This document shows, one piece after another, positions 50,482 to 62,998 of a DNA stretch of 64,000 nt. Made by a program: the position numbers and the translations under genes. Location: positions 10,023,859 through 10,087,858 of the forward strand of contig NC_134036.1 in the NCBI RefSeq assembly GCF_964204645.1, given 5' to 3'. The notes under the pieces are model-generated. The model saw only the letters and a list, made by a program, of their open reading frames with translations. It was not told the origin of the DNA and ran no database searches. Numbering within the stretch: position 1 is the first letter of the stretch; every line of letters starts with the position of its first letter. The stretch comes from Tubulanus polymorphus (Eukaryota > Animalia > Nemertea).

Positions 50482-50533
<52 letters not shown>
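50482..50533. repeat. (TA)n microsatellite
   Basis: Perfect TA run. Confidence 0.95.
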
Positions 50534-50537
<4 letters not shown>

Positions 50538-50734
50538 TTTAAACTCACAACCTAGTCGGGACAGTCGCATATTCTGAGACCGCACTGTCGGGACCAGAAA
50601 CCTTGTCGGGACTTATATATGCACTGTCGGGACTGTGGTTCAAAAAATGTTATTTATCTCGAATATGCGCGTAAAAGCGTTTTCACACTTTTTTACATTT
50701 CATTAATTTCACCGACTCGTCGGGACAACAAGCC

Positions 50735-51500
50735 ATTGATTGTGCTGCCTCCTAGGGTCCCGACTGTGAACTCATATATATAAACAACTAAGCTCTGGCA
50801 CCGACTTATCGGGACAAGGTTAATTGAAGAGGATAACACATTTCAGACGTCGAGGTACGACACGTTACATGGATTAATGTTTGTGCTGCCACCTGGGGTC
50901 CCAACAGTGTATATATAAAAGATATGTATAAATGTAAGCTCCGACACCGACTTATCGGGACAATATAAAATAAAGAAGAGAGCCCTTAACGGGATACGAT
51001 AAAATTAAGAAAACTGTCCTTTCGAGACCTAGATGGCTACTTTAAATGGTATAGTGCTTGTGCTGCCACCTGGGGTCCCGAGAGTGTATATATATATTAC
51101 GGTGTCAGTAAGCTCCTACACCGACTTATCGGGACAATATAAATTAAAGAAGACAGCCCTTAACGGGATACAATAAAATAAAGAAGACTGTCCTTTCGAG
51201 ACCCAGATGGCTACTCTAAATGGTATAATGCTTGTGCTTCCACCTGTGGTCCCGACAATGTGTATATATTACGGCGTAAGTAAGCTCATACACCGACTTA
51301 TCGGGACAATATAAATTAAAGAAGACAGCCCTTAACGGGATACAATAAAATAAAGAAGACTGTCCTTTCGAGACCTAGATGGCTACTCTAAATGGTATAA
51401 TGCTTGTGCTGTCACCTGGGTCCCGACAATGTATAAATATATTACGGCGTAAGTAAGCTCATACACCGACTTATCGGGACAATATAAATTAAAGAAGACA
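50735..51500. repeat. Tandem repeat of about 175 bp, 4-5 copies
   Basis: Recurrent TGTGCTGCCACCTGGGGTCCC and CACCGACTTATCGGGACAA. Confidence 0.85.
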
Positions 51501-53699
51501 TCATGAATTTTCAGATCTCAGAATTTTCTGATTTCTTCTTAACTACTTTCAGTACATGATAATAAAGCAATTCTGAGGGCTTTATACAAACAGGGACATA
51601 GTAAAGCTATATATTTTCTGTTTCAGAACAACTTATTCTATCTAAAAATGTATACTTATGTATACAAAATTTTTGCTGTCTGGGGTAAGATGGGGGACCC
51701 CAGAAGGCCCCGCCCAGGGTGCGGTTGTACTAAATAAGCCTGTTTTTTTTACAGTAATTAGCCAAGGAAAGAAAGAGATCAGAGAGAAACTGATTATAAT
51801 TCCCCATTTTATCCAAGCTAGGGCTGGTGTTGATCACTGGGAAAAGTTTTGGGGTCCTTGGGTCATTATGAGGGTCAATATCTCAAGGTCAACGAATGGT
51901 CAAAAATCAAATTTAAAAAGAATATTTTTCAATTTCTGTCAATATGTCCTCTCTAGGGTCACTCTAGTATCCTCTATTGCCGAGTATCCTCTCATGAGCT
52001 GAAATAAAGTATTCCTCGAGGTGTCTCCGGATATTAGGGGGTCTTTGTGACCCCCTAAATTCCCAGAGGAGTCGAACTGACAGAAAATCTACAAAGAGTC
52101 AGTGTAATTTGAATGACATACTTCACTGATGCGACTACGCCGGCCAAAAATAAACACTGATAAGAGTTAGAATGATACAATGTATGTAATGCGTACTGTG
52201 AAAATCTATCTATGTCAGGTATGCGCCGTGTCTAAACGCTCTGTCATAGGCCTATGTGCTGTATACACAGCTGGTGCTTGTATGGATATAGGAACAGCTT
52301 CAGTGTGTTGCCAAGGCCTCCTCGCGATAACAGACATAACATGAAGTACAGAGCTCGATGTATATTACATCTATAGGGCCATAGCAACACTACCCGTTAT
52401 TCCTCAACAGCGTGTATACGATATTAAACTTCTCGTTAAGAAGACGGCTCTAATCATATCTGTCCATAATTTTAGATCCTTAATTAACTATATTAGAAAC
52501 ACAAACTGACCCTGTGTACAACTTTTCCCTTTAGGCAAACTCAGTATCAGATGTGATAGAACAACTGCACCCGTTGATGGAGAAACCAATCCTCATCGTA
52601 AAGCTGCACCTTCGATGTCAGACGTACTACTACATTTCGGATACCTGGCCAACTGTCATCTGGATAATTTGCGTTTCGAAATGCCTCCGTTTAATCTAGT
52701 CGACACGTTGGGTATTCAACTTATAGATCAACATGTACCCGAGATAAAGTAACGATGGACCCAATCATCGATTTAATATATTAGACAGCTAACAAATTAA
52801 CCCCAATCAACCTCTTGCCGGTTAAGGCTGTTTGGAAGATTGTTTGAATAATTGTTTGAATAATGAATGAACCGGAACCGAAATTTCCCATTTTGTACTT
52901 CGATTCAATCAACAATTGCTATAAATTCGACCGCCGATCACGAAACTATAAATGCACTTCCATTTTCGAATTCAAAATCTGGTCTGGTTCCCGGCAGGTG
53001 GTGGATCTTTAAAGGACACCAAATAAATAGGTCTTGTAACTCACCTGACCATTAACTAATAGGCAGTTCAGACTTTTTATAGGTCTAAAATGGATTAGAC
53101 ACTTATTGCAAGGGCCAGTGTGGCAAGATGGGATGAGGAAAATCGCTATACATACTGACTTTCAAACCTTCAAAGGAGCGATCAAAATCAAACCGCAACT
53201 CTGTTTCAATAATCAGATTTATTTTCAGATAATAATATACATATGAAAAGATAGGATAGGAGCTAGGCCTAATCATATCAAAAGTTTTGTCTAAGAATAG
53301 TTGAAATGTGTTTTTCGAAAAAATCTATAATTCCTGCTTCAATGAGTCGAAGTGGTCATTCTTGGGGTACCGGTATCTGTAAAACAATGCGTAAGATCAA
53401 TAAAAATGAAGTGACAATTAAATTGAATTGAATTACAAAATCACATCGTAATAGAGCGGATTTGATATTAATTCTGTCCGTCCTGTACTAACATCTTGCT
53501 GTAGTAGACATTTTTGGGGCACTAAGGACCAATGGCAATCATTATTTATAGAAAATCTTACCTTCAATGAACAGAAATACCGTGTAAAACAAGTGTGAAT
53601 AAACCAGGAAATGCGCGGTGGGGTAGTGCGCAGTGTCTCTAGTGTACGGAGACGCATCGGGCTCATTCACAAAGTAAAAAAAACCGAAACCTTGATCTC

Positions 53700-56600
53700 T
53701 TGAAACAAAACGGGCCCCCGCGCCCAGGGTTTTAATGGTTCTGCATCATCTAGAGGGCCATTTCTAAATACCCGTCAAGTTTCAGAGCCCTACGGCCACT
53801 ATAAGGGGTCGAGCGGGTCCCCAGAAAGTGTTCGCGCGGCCGTTTTAGACCATATGGCCGTGCGACTAAAATTCTAGCGCCGCAACCAAGGGCATATAAG
53901 AATCCTTTTTTAGGTTTATACAATTGAGTTAGACCCTGAGAAGTTTGAGAACCATAGGGCCACTATTTAGTTCACGCGGGATGTTAGAAGGGGTTCGGTT
54001 TTCAGGCCTCAACCAGTGTATTTTCGCGTATAGCTTATTAGACGCCCATGATAATTTCCGTCGAATATGGAGAATGAATTAAATTATTACACAGCGAAGC
54101 GTCAATGCGTCGAATATGGAGAATCATAATATGATTATTTTGGTGAACCGTTGAATATGCGCCGAATGTGGTCACTCAATCTGAAATGGTTTTTCTGGAA
54201 CCCCGTCGAATATGGTGACCCATTTTTTCAGTTCACTAAACGTTGTTACTATCAGTGATTTTCGGTTTTAGCTTGTTTAATACGAATACGGTACGTAAAT
54301 CAGCTAATTGTGACTAAATAAATGAATCTATCGGAGAGAGCGACAAAAAAGTTCAAAATTTCAAATTGATTTTTCTTAGTCTCAATAAAAGTGCATATTC
54401 GACGGTTTGCCAGAAAGCAAGCAATATATTCATCATTTCGCACGAGAAAATACTTCTGTCTTGTTTTTTAACAAGCTTATTCACCTTAATTGAACAAAGG
54501 TACCTACAAATTTAGGGGGGTGTACCCGTACCCCCTTAAATCCGCCCCCGAGTAGCCCCAATACGATCTGATCCATCGGATCGAGCGAGAAATAATATCG
54601 ACTCATTCTTTTGGGATTTGTCACCTGCAGGGGAGTTGCTGTTGCTAGAGTCAGGCTTTAGAATATTTTTTATCAGGCTAAGGCTATTGTGATAAATGCG
54701 GCCTTATCCTGCCAAAATACGGATACAAAATTAGCTCGTGATAACCAGACCTATGTTTGTAGGGCGTCGGTATAGATATTCATCGAAGGTCAATCAGTGT
54801 ACGCGCGCTGTGCGTTGATTCAGTGGTTGCTATGCAACTCGCCATTATTATAGACCTTTTAAAGGCCCACTGGCAGTATAAAAGCCCAATCAATGTCAGA
54901 CATGGCAGTATCTTTGAACCTGTGGAGCGGTGAGGAGCTCCAACGGTTGAAACTGGAATTCTCCTATTTTCTCTGTCAGTTATCCGATTTGGATCCTCCT
55001 TTTTGTCAGACATATGTATTAATGCATAATATATTCATTTCTGCAGTCAAAATTATGTTTTAGGCCCTCCTCTTTGAGTAATTAAGCAATTTCGTTGGTA
55101 TTTTCTTCAAAATTTGAATCTTTGAATGACGTAAAGGGAGGAGTTATCCAGTGAATCAGTGTAGCTTGCACGGCACAGTAACAGTAACATGATACCCTAG
55201 GTCATCACTACACATAAACAAAAATATAGGCTAATTCATAGTACCTAAATCTCACTACAAAAATCTTTTTTCCCGATCAAGGAATCAGTCTGAAATTTCA
55301 TACACTTGTTAAGCTTTCTACCTTCAGTGTTATGCCAAAATTTCATCAAAATCGGATAAAAATTGATAATTTTTAAAAATCTCAAAATTTCGCCAAATTC
55401 TTTAATCTTGGTCCTTTTCTTACAGAAAATGATCACAAGCTTCAGATTTTCATCCCCAATAAGACTGTACCATTTAAAATTACCTCAGAACTTTATATGA
55501 AAATTTATGAATTTGTCAGATATTACAGTGTGTGACCTCTACAGTTACAATTGTGAGCCACCCTTACTCACTGTAAACATCATCAACATGTTAGTGTAGC
55601 TAGTGGGACGGCCCATCTCAAGTGCTTACCACCCGGTTAACTACTGCTCATACCAATGGGCCTTTAACGACGCGCGGTGCGCTTAATCATTAGCCTGGCA
55701 TTACAACACCCTCGATATACCGCCATACTCTATACCGCCAAAATCGTTCCAGTCACCGATTGAAGGTCATCACGGTTGACTGGTTACTCCATCAACGACA
55801 TTTTTCAAACTGCAACCCAAGTATATCGTGAATTCTGTGACACAGTCCTAATACCATCAACAAGAAATTGGCACATTTTCAAGCCCGCAATCATTTACAT
55901 GGGAATGATCAAAATCTTTATCAATCTTTATTCCAGGTCTTTGGATCAGAAACTAATGTTACTTCAAGAAGAAATCGAATTTCGTCCAGATATTATAATG
56001 TCAAAATTTTTACAGTATGCAATCGAAGAAATATCCTTAAGAACAATATAACACCGTAGATATTTAACTAAATTTAGTCTAAATTAACAGAGCATTTTTA
56101 GGTCTAGTTATGAATTCTATTTCTTATTTTACAAATATTGTCTTATTTTCATTGATGTTACTAGGGGGGCAGGATGTCAGTCAGTTTTGGAGTGTCGGAC
56201 TGTTTTTTTTTGTTTTAGAAATGTACTTGAAGTGTCAGTCAGTTTGTATTGTTTTGATAACTGCCTTCTGGTCTCTGCCACCCTTGGTGTCTTATGTAAT
56301 AGTATCCTGGTTGAAAATTTGTTGAAAGAAATCAGAGATTCGAGTTGTAGCTTGTGAGCGGGTTGGATGTCCAGCCTCGTCTCTCCGATATATCGAAGAA
56401 AATAAAGTGAAATTTACGTTTGAAGTTTTAAGAACGTTTTCTCGTCGTTGGTTCCTGACCGTCGATTTAAGGATTTTTTACGTAGTTACCCTGGGCTTGC
56501 GAGGCGGAAATCTCAGGGTGCTATAACAACACTAAATTCAAGATTAAAATGCATGGATGTACAAGGGCTAGACAATAGATGGAACTAATATCTGTAAAAT

Positions 56601-59355
56601 CGTTTGGTCGTTTTCGACAAGTCTTTTCCTCAATGCTTGAAAATGCCAGGCAGTATACTTTTCATGGTCACGGAGTTGCCAAATTATTACTACAAGATCT
56701 TCTATAGGGTAAATGTACATGATAAAGAGACACCTAAGTCGAGCGGACAAACATTTTTCAAATTTCTCGGCGTGTCCGATGAGAATGACCCATGATTTGA
56801 TGATTTGAATTACACCACCATGTTCTCAAATTGAATCTTCTTCTATCCTCATCAGACCTTGGACCCACTAATTCTGTAAGCTTACATAGACCTCAAGTCA
56901 AATTGATTTGAGTCAATATGGTTTTTATCTAAAACCCTTTAACTTAATCGATCGCCTGATTCAGGACTACACTGCCAATTCCCTAAACGTCTTAAAAGTA
57001 GGCATGTTACATAGGGCCTAAAAATGGTCGGACCAAACAATGTTCTGAATGGCAGGGGTGGATCCAGGGACAGACTTTGTCAGAAGCACATTGATAAGCG
57101 CAAAAAAAATTCTCGCTCCGGCGAAACCAAAGGGCCGATAGCAATTTTTTAAGCACACATAAATTAGACCCTCGCCTTAAAAGGAATTATTGAGGGTGGC
57201 GGCTGACAGCTTTAGGGTCTAATCTGAAAGTTCTCAGGGACCTAGTGAGGGTCTAATCCAGTGTGCAAACCTTAAAAAAGGGTTCTAGGCCCTTGGTTGC
57301 GGCGCTAGAACTTTTGTCGCGCAGCCATCCAGGGGACTGAGACGGCCGCGCGACCACTTTCTCATCGGGACCCGCTCCGACCCCTGGCCCTGGCCAGACC
57401 GTTATAATGAGCGTCACGCAAAAATACATTAAGTTACCTGAAAACCGACCCCTCTAACATTCCGCGCGACTTTGATAGTGGCCCTAGGGCTCTGAAACTT
57501 CTCAGGACCCTAGGGGAGGGTCTGTAATCCAAGTGTGCAAGCCTTAAAAAAGGGTTCTGGGCCCTTGGTTGCGGCGCTAGAATTGTTGTCCAGAGGTCTA
57601 AAACGGCTGCGTGACCACTTCCGGGGACCCGCTCGACCCCTTATAATGGCCCTAGGGCTCTAAAACTTGTCGGGTTTTCAAGATGGCCCTGTAGATGATG
57701 CAGAACCATTAAAACCCCGGGCGCGGGGGTCCGTTGGGTCTGGGTGTCGAATATGCAATTTTTGTCGGAAATAAGCTGAACATACCATAAAAATCGCAAT
57801 TTTTTAAAGTTTTATGTGTTTATGTTTTCCTCCTTTTTTCCTTTTTGGCAAACCGTCGAAAATCCTTAAATATCCATGGACATCCATCAAACATGGAGAA
57901 TGAATTAAATTATTACATAGCGAACCGTCGAATATGCGTCGAATATGGAAAATCATTTAGGGCCTATATGAATATTTTGGTGAACCGTCGAATATGCGTC
58001 GTATGGACACTCCATCTTAAATGGTTTGTCTGGACCCCGTCGAATATGGTGACCCTTTTTTTCTGTTCAAAAATGTTGGTAACTAACAGTCCATTTTCGG
58101 TATTAGCATGTTTAATACGCCAATATAGTACCTAAATCAGCTATGTGACTTGATATCCGAGATAAATGAATCTGATATCGGAAACGAGAGCGACAAAAAA
58201 GTTCAAAATTTCAAATTGATTTTTCTCAGTTTCAATAAACGGGCAATATTCGACGGTTGCCAGAAAGCCGATAAGTTGAGAGCTGAAAACCGACCCGCTT
58301 CTAACATCCCACGTGGACCTTAATAGTGGACCTAAGGCTCCGAAACGTGACGGGTATGTATAAGAAGGGGCCCTGTAGATGATACAGAACCATTAAAACC
58401 CTGGGCGCGGGGGTCCGTTGGGTCTGGGCAGACCCTGGCCAGACCGTTAAAATGAGCATACAAATTGTGACTGTAAATGAAACCCGATCAAGACTGTATA
58501 TACGTTAGAGTACAAATATGTATTCAATATTCACGTGCCTGTGCCGCTTTCTTACTGACGGTCTATCAATGCGCATAGTACTATCCCTTCGATTGCGACG
58601 CACCCACTGACCTAACCATGCACTGTATATTAGAAACACAAAACTGCTCTTCGTGTAAAAACTTTTACTTTTAGGCAAACTCAGCACGAGATGTGAAGTA
58701 CCGATCGCGCACCCCTGGACGTATGATCTTCAACCTTGCGATATAACTATATCCAAAATTTCGATGTATTAAATTAGGCAGCCTGAAAAATTCACCCAAT
58801 CAGTCGCTTGCCGGTTGAGACTGGTTGGAAGATAATATTGTTTGAATGAACGAGAACCGAATTTCCCAATCATGTACTTCGATTTCAACAAACAAATATG
58901 TAAACTCGACAGCCGATCACACAACTATATCTGTACTTCGATTTCCGATTTCAAAATAAAACCCCCTGTTTCACTCCCGGCAGGTGTGCAGGCGCGGATC
59001 TAGGGAGGGCTCTGAAACTTCTCAGAGACCCAGGGGAGGGTCTAATCCAAGTGTGCTAACCTTAAAAATAGGTTCTAAGCCGGCCTTGATTGCGGCGCTA
59101 GAATTTTTGTCGCGCGGCCATACCAGGGGTCTGACGGCCGTGCGACGACTTTCTGGGGACCCACTCGACCCCTAATAGTGGCCCTAGGGCCCTGAGACTT
59201 ATCGGGTATAAAAGAAGGGGCCCTGTAAATTATACAGAATCATTAACCAGACCGTTAAAGTGAGTAACGCGAAAATACACAAAGTTAAGACCTGATAACC
59301 GACCCCATTCTAACAACCCGCACGACCTTAATAGTGGCCCTAGGGCCCTGAAACT
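53700..59355. repeat. Mosaic of dispersed repeat modules (direct and inverted copies)
   Basis: CCCTTGGTTGCGGCGCTAGAA and GGGCTCTGAAACTT modules at 53700-54040 (inverted), 57220-57740, 58270-58460 and 59000-59355. Also 54050-54420 resembles 57850-58270. Confidence 0.7.
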
Positions 59356-59974
59356 CAGGCAGGCCTGGAGGCAAATATTCTTGTTGTGATAGAAATTCAA
59401 TCCTGCTAAACCACTGGTAAAATTGTATTCGGCCCGGTTTGGAAAGAAAAATCAGGGGCCAGTTACATAGTCATGGCAAGACAAGACCAACTTGGTTCTA
59501 CAGCCAATCTAACAATAAGACCAGTCTAAAGGTTTGAGACCACTGTTTGGACTCACGGCTGTGCAACCTGGGCAGGGCTGAGCTGAGACCGCAACCGTTG
59601 AGGTCAAGTCGGTGCGCTATTTAAACGAAAAGCTCCATTATTGCCCCGGCTCACGCGCGATTCAGTGGTTGCTACGCAACTGAACATTGAAATATAAAAT
59701 AATTTTCTACTACGAGCGACGCGCCTATACATTAATATTTACATAGAGCGAGTTCTATGGTATTTTCACTGAGACGAATAAGTCACAACGCGCCTCATAG
59801 CGTAGTTTTTATCCAAATCCCCCTCGACCTCACGCCCCTGGGTCGCGATTTCGCACCAACTAATAGCACTAATAACGATAATCGAGAAGTCTACGAGGAG
59901 TAGAATATTAAAAATCCATAATAAAATTTCTGTGATAAATCCAGGCAAGGCTCAATGATAAATCCAATCGTATA

Positions 59975-61962
59975 AGTAATAGGGGTAATGGGCTTTCAAG
60001 CCAAAGGTCGAACGGTCGAGCTCATTAAAAAACAAAACATTAAAAGTAATTAAAAACTATAATATATTTTCATAACCGTGTGTATTTTATATTAAAAACT
60101 AAATATTTATTCTAAGATATCAATAATTTAAAAAGCATATTGTATTAAATCAATTGGTCGCTCCACTTCGCTACCGCTCCGCTCCGCGACCAATTGATTT
60201 ATTTACAATACACAAATTCATATAATCAAATATATTCAAATAATAATAATTATTCTATTGTTCAACTGAAATACACACGGTTATGAAAATATATTATAGT
60301 TTTAAATTACTTTTAATATTTGTTATTAATGAACTCGACCATTCAACCTTTAACCTGAAAGCCCATTACCCCTATTACTCTTAAAATAATCATATAAATG
60401 AATAACATTTAAATCATTGAACTTCTAAAATCAATTTTAATAAAAATTTTAGTATTAAAATGGAAGCAAATAAGTACTACTGTCCAACATGTAATATCAA
60501 TATAGATAAATCCCAAAAAGCAAGACACAATAAAACTAAAACACATTCAGAGAATAAATTGAAACTAGAATATAAAGATGATATATTAGAAACTAAATTA
60601 GAAGAATTAAAGAATGAAAAAGAAACACACAAATGTGATACATGTAATCAATCATTCAGTGATAAAAGATATTATAAAGAACATTTAAAATCTATAAGTC
60701 ATATTAGAAATAAGAATAATGATATTTTAGGTGAAGATTATTTTGATAAAGATAATGATAAGAAACAGAAGACAATTAAAAGCATAAAAAATAAATTAAA
60801 CAATAAAAGACCATACATGGAAGATGTAAGAAATTATATTAATTCATTAGATAATAAAAAAGATATAGAAATAACCGAAGCATTTAAAAGTGATATTGGT
60901 CCAGCTGCTATTGAGTTTAAATTTCATAAAGGTAAAACATTAGAAGAAAATAAAAAACATTTAGAAAATATGAAAGAAATAATAAAAATAATAACTGATG
61001 TTGAATATCCTAAAATTAGTATATCAGTAAAGTTTATAAAATCTGAAGATAAACCAATATATAATATAAATTCTCATTCACAACATATTATATCTAAACA
61101 ACATATAGATGATAAATTAGATAAATGTTATAATGAAGTAAAAACTAAAATAGAAGAGAAATATTTTGAAGGATCTGGTTTAATATTTGAAATAATATTT
61201 ATGACTTTACATGTTTATAACACAAAATATAATAAGTTAACTAAATCAAAACCAATTGATGAAAATAATGTATCATATTATAAAGATGATAGTATAAATG
61301 GAACAAGTTATATTAAACTACCATTTAAAACTAATGCAAAAAAAACTAATGTACAAAATGAAGATGATAAATGTTATCTATGTGCTATAATAAGTTGTTT
61401 ACACCCAGTTGAAGATTATAAACAACATAGTTTTAGATTAACTCATTATAAACTATTTGAAAATAATTATAAGATAGATAAGTATCCTGTTATAATTAAA
61501 AACATCCCAAAAATAGAAAGAGATAATAATCTAAAAATAAATGTATTTGATTTAATTAAATTACCAAATACAAAAGGTAACAATATAAAACATTATACAT
61601 TAGAACCTTTATATCTATCAAAAGATTATGATTCAAATGATGTTATAGATATATTATATTATGAGAATCATTATATGTGGATTAAACAAATCGATTTATT
61701 TTTTAAATCAGAAAATGATCACCATAAAATATATCTTTGTAGAAAATGTTTACATAGATTCAGTAATGAAAGTACATTATTAAATCATAAACAATTATGT
61801 GAAAATCATGATTATTGTAAATTAGTTTTACCAAATGAAAAGGATAAAATATTAGAATTCAAAAAACATGATTACAAAAATAAAGTACCATTTGTAATAT
61901 ATGGAGATTTTGAATCATTAAATATAGAACTAACTGATCAAGATAGAAAAGAAATAGATCTT
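59975..61962 (+). mobile_element. Polinton B: 405-bp foldback terminus plus pPolB 5' part, truncated by Penelope
   Basis: AGTAATAGGGGTAATGGGCTTTC terminus (59975) with an inverted copy ending at 60379, followed by the pPolB ORF. Confidence 0.85.
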
Positions 61963-61989
61963 AGGAAGAGAGTTCAAATATCCGAATAA
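60460..61989 (+). pseudogene. pPolB N-terminal half (zinc fingers, vOTU-like region, ExoI), truncated
   Basis: Homologous to 17626-19611 (IGPAAI, YFEGSGL, NEDDKCYL, VPFVIYGDFESLN). Confidence 0.88.
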
Positions 61990-62503
61990 CCATAGAAGCG
62001 ATAACATTAAAAACCTCATTTTCTAATGAGTAAATACAGGTTATTAACACGAACGTTTTCGGGATCATATCCCCTCATCAGGTGAAATACAAGTGAATCA
62101 AATGATTAAACTACAGGTTTATATACAACATAAGTTACAAAATTACAAGTGCTAAATTCTAAGCTAATTACAAACCAAGTATTTAATTACAAACTAATTA
62201 TTTGAATACATTTAGGATAAAGGATGAGCCGTTTTGAAATAATTGTTGATTTAAAGAGGGTCGTTGCGCTTTAATAAACAGGGCCTCCCTAATTTTACAG
62301 TCGAGATCAGATGAACCTTTGTCTAGAATTTTGAATTTGTTGTTACTGAATTCCTGATCATAAGTGTGACAAATTGCGAGATGTTGTCCAATCGCAGAAG
62401 TCTTTGATCTGTGTTCCTTAATCCTGATGGCCAAATGTCGTTTAGTTTTCCCAATATAGGAAGTGTTTATATCACATAAACAATAGTAGTTAGGAAATGT
62501 CAC
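61962..62503 (-). mobile_element. 5'-truncated Penelope-like retroelement (GIY-YIG C-terminus plus 3' end)
   Basis: C.C...YIGKTKR.L..R..EH, H...C and EAL.I....PSLN motifs; downstream hammerhead. Confidence 0.85.
62048..62084 (-). ncRNA. Minimal type I hammerhead ribozyme
   Basis: CAC-CTGATGA-GGGGAT-ATG-ATCCC-GAA-AACGTT-C-GTG: intact core, stem II, palindromic stem III and stem I. Confidence 0.8.
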
Positions 62504-62998
62504 TTCAGGACCTCAATGAGGAGGGGGGAGGGGGAGGAGTGAGGAGGGTGGAGGGGGAGGAGTTTCTTAAGATTTTTTTCTTAAGATTTTTTCCTCAAGA
62601 TATTTTTCTTAAGATTTTTTTTTCCTCAAGATATTTTTCTTAAGATATTTTCCTTAAGATTTTTTTTCTTTTTTTCCTTTACGAATTTTCTTTTTGGCGG
62701 CAAAATTCAAATCATTGACTATGTAAATTCCAAATCAATTTATTGATGTGATTAATTCCCTAGATGGCGCCACTATTACGAGATCCTATGCGTGTGTGTG
62801 TGTGAGGAGGGGGAGGAGTAAATCCTAGATGGCGCTTTCTTTTCCAGCATTACCAATTTCGAGTGATACAAAGAAACCACAAAAAAAACAAATGTATAAC
62901 AAATTAATGTCAACAATTAAAAAACATTTATTAACAATAAACGCGCAATAAATAGAATAGATAAATAAATAATCATATACACTGCGTTATTTCCTATA

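Noticed and set aside
48000-59950. Short ORFs in 48-60 kb
   Set aside because: No recognisable motifs; most overlap non-coding repeats
19696-59975. Pairing of Polinton termini into one complete element
   Set aside because: Orientations do not enclose an element, and the outer 6-bp flanks (GATTTA, TATGTT, AGCAGC, CTTAAA, CGTATA) do not match
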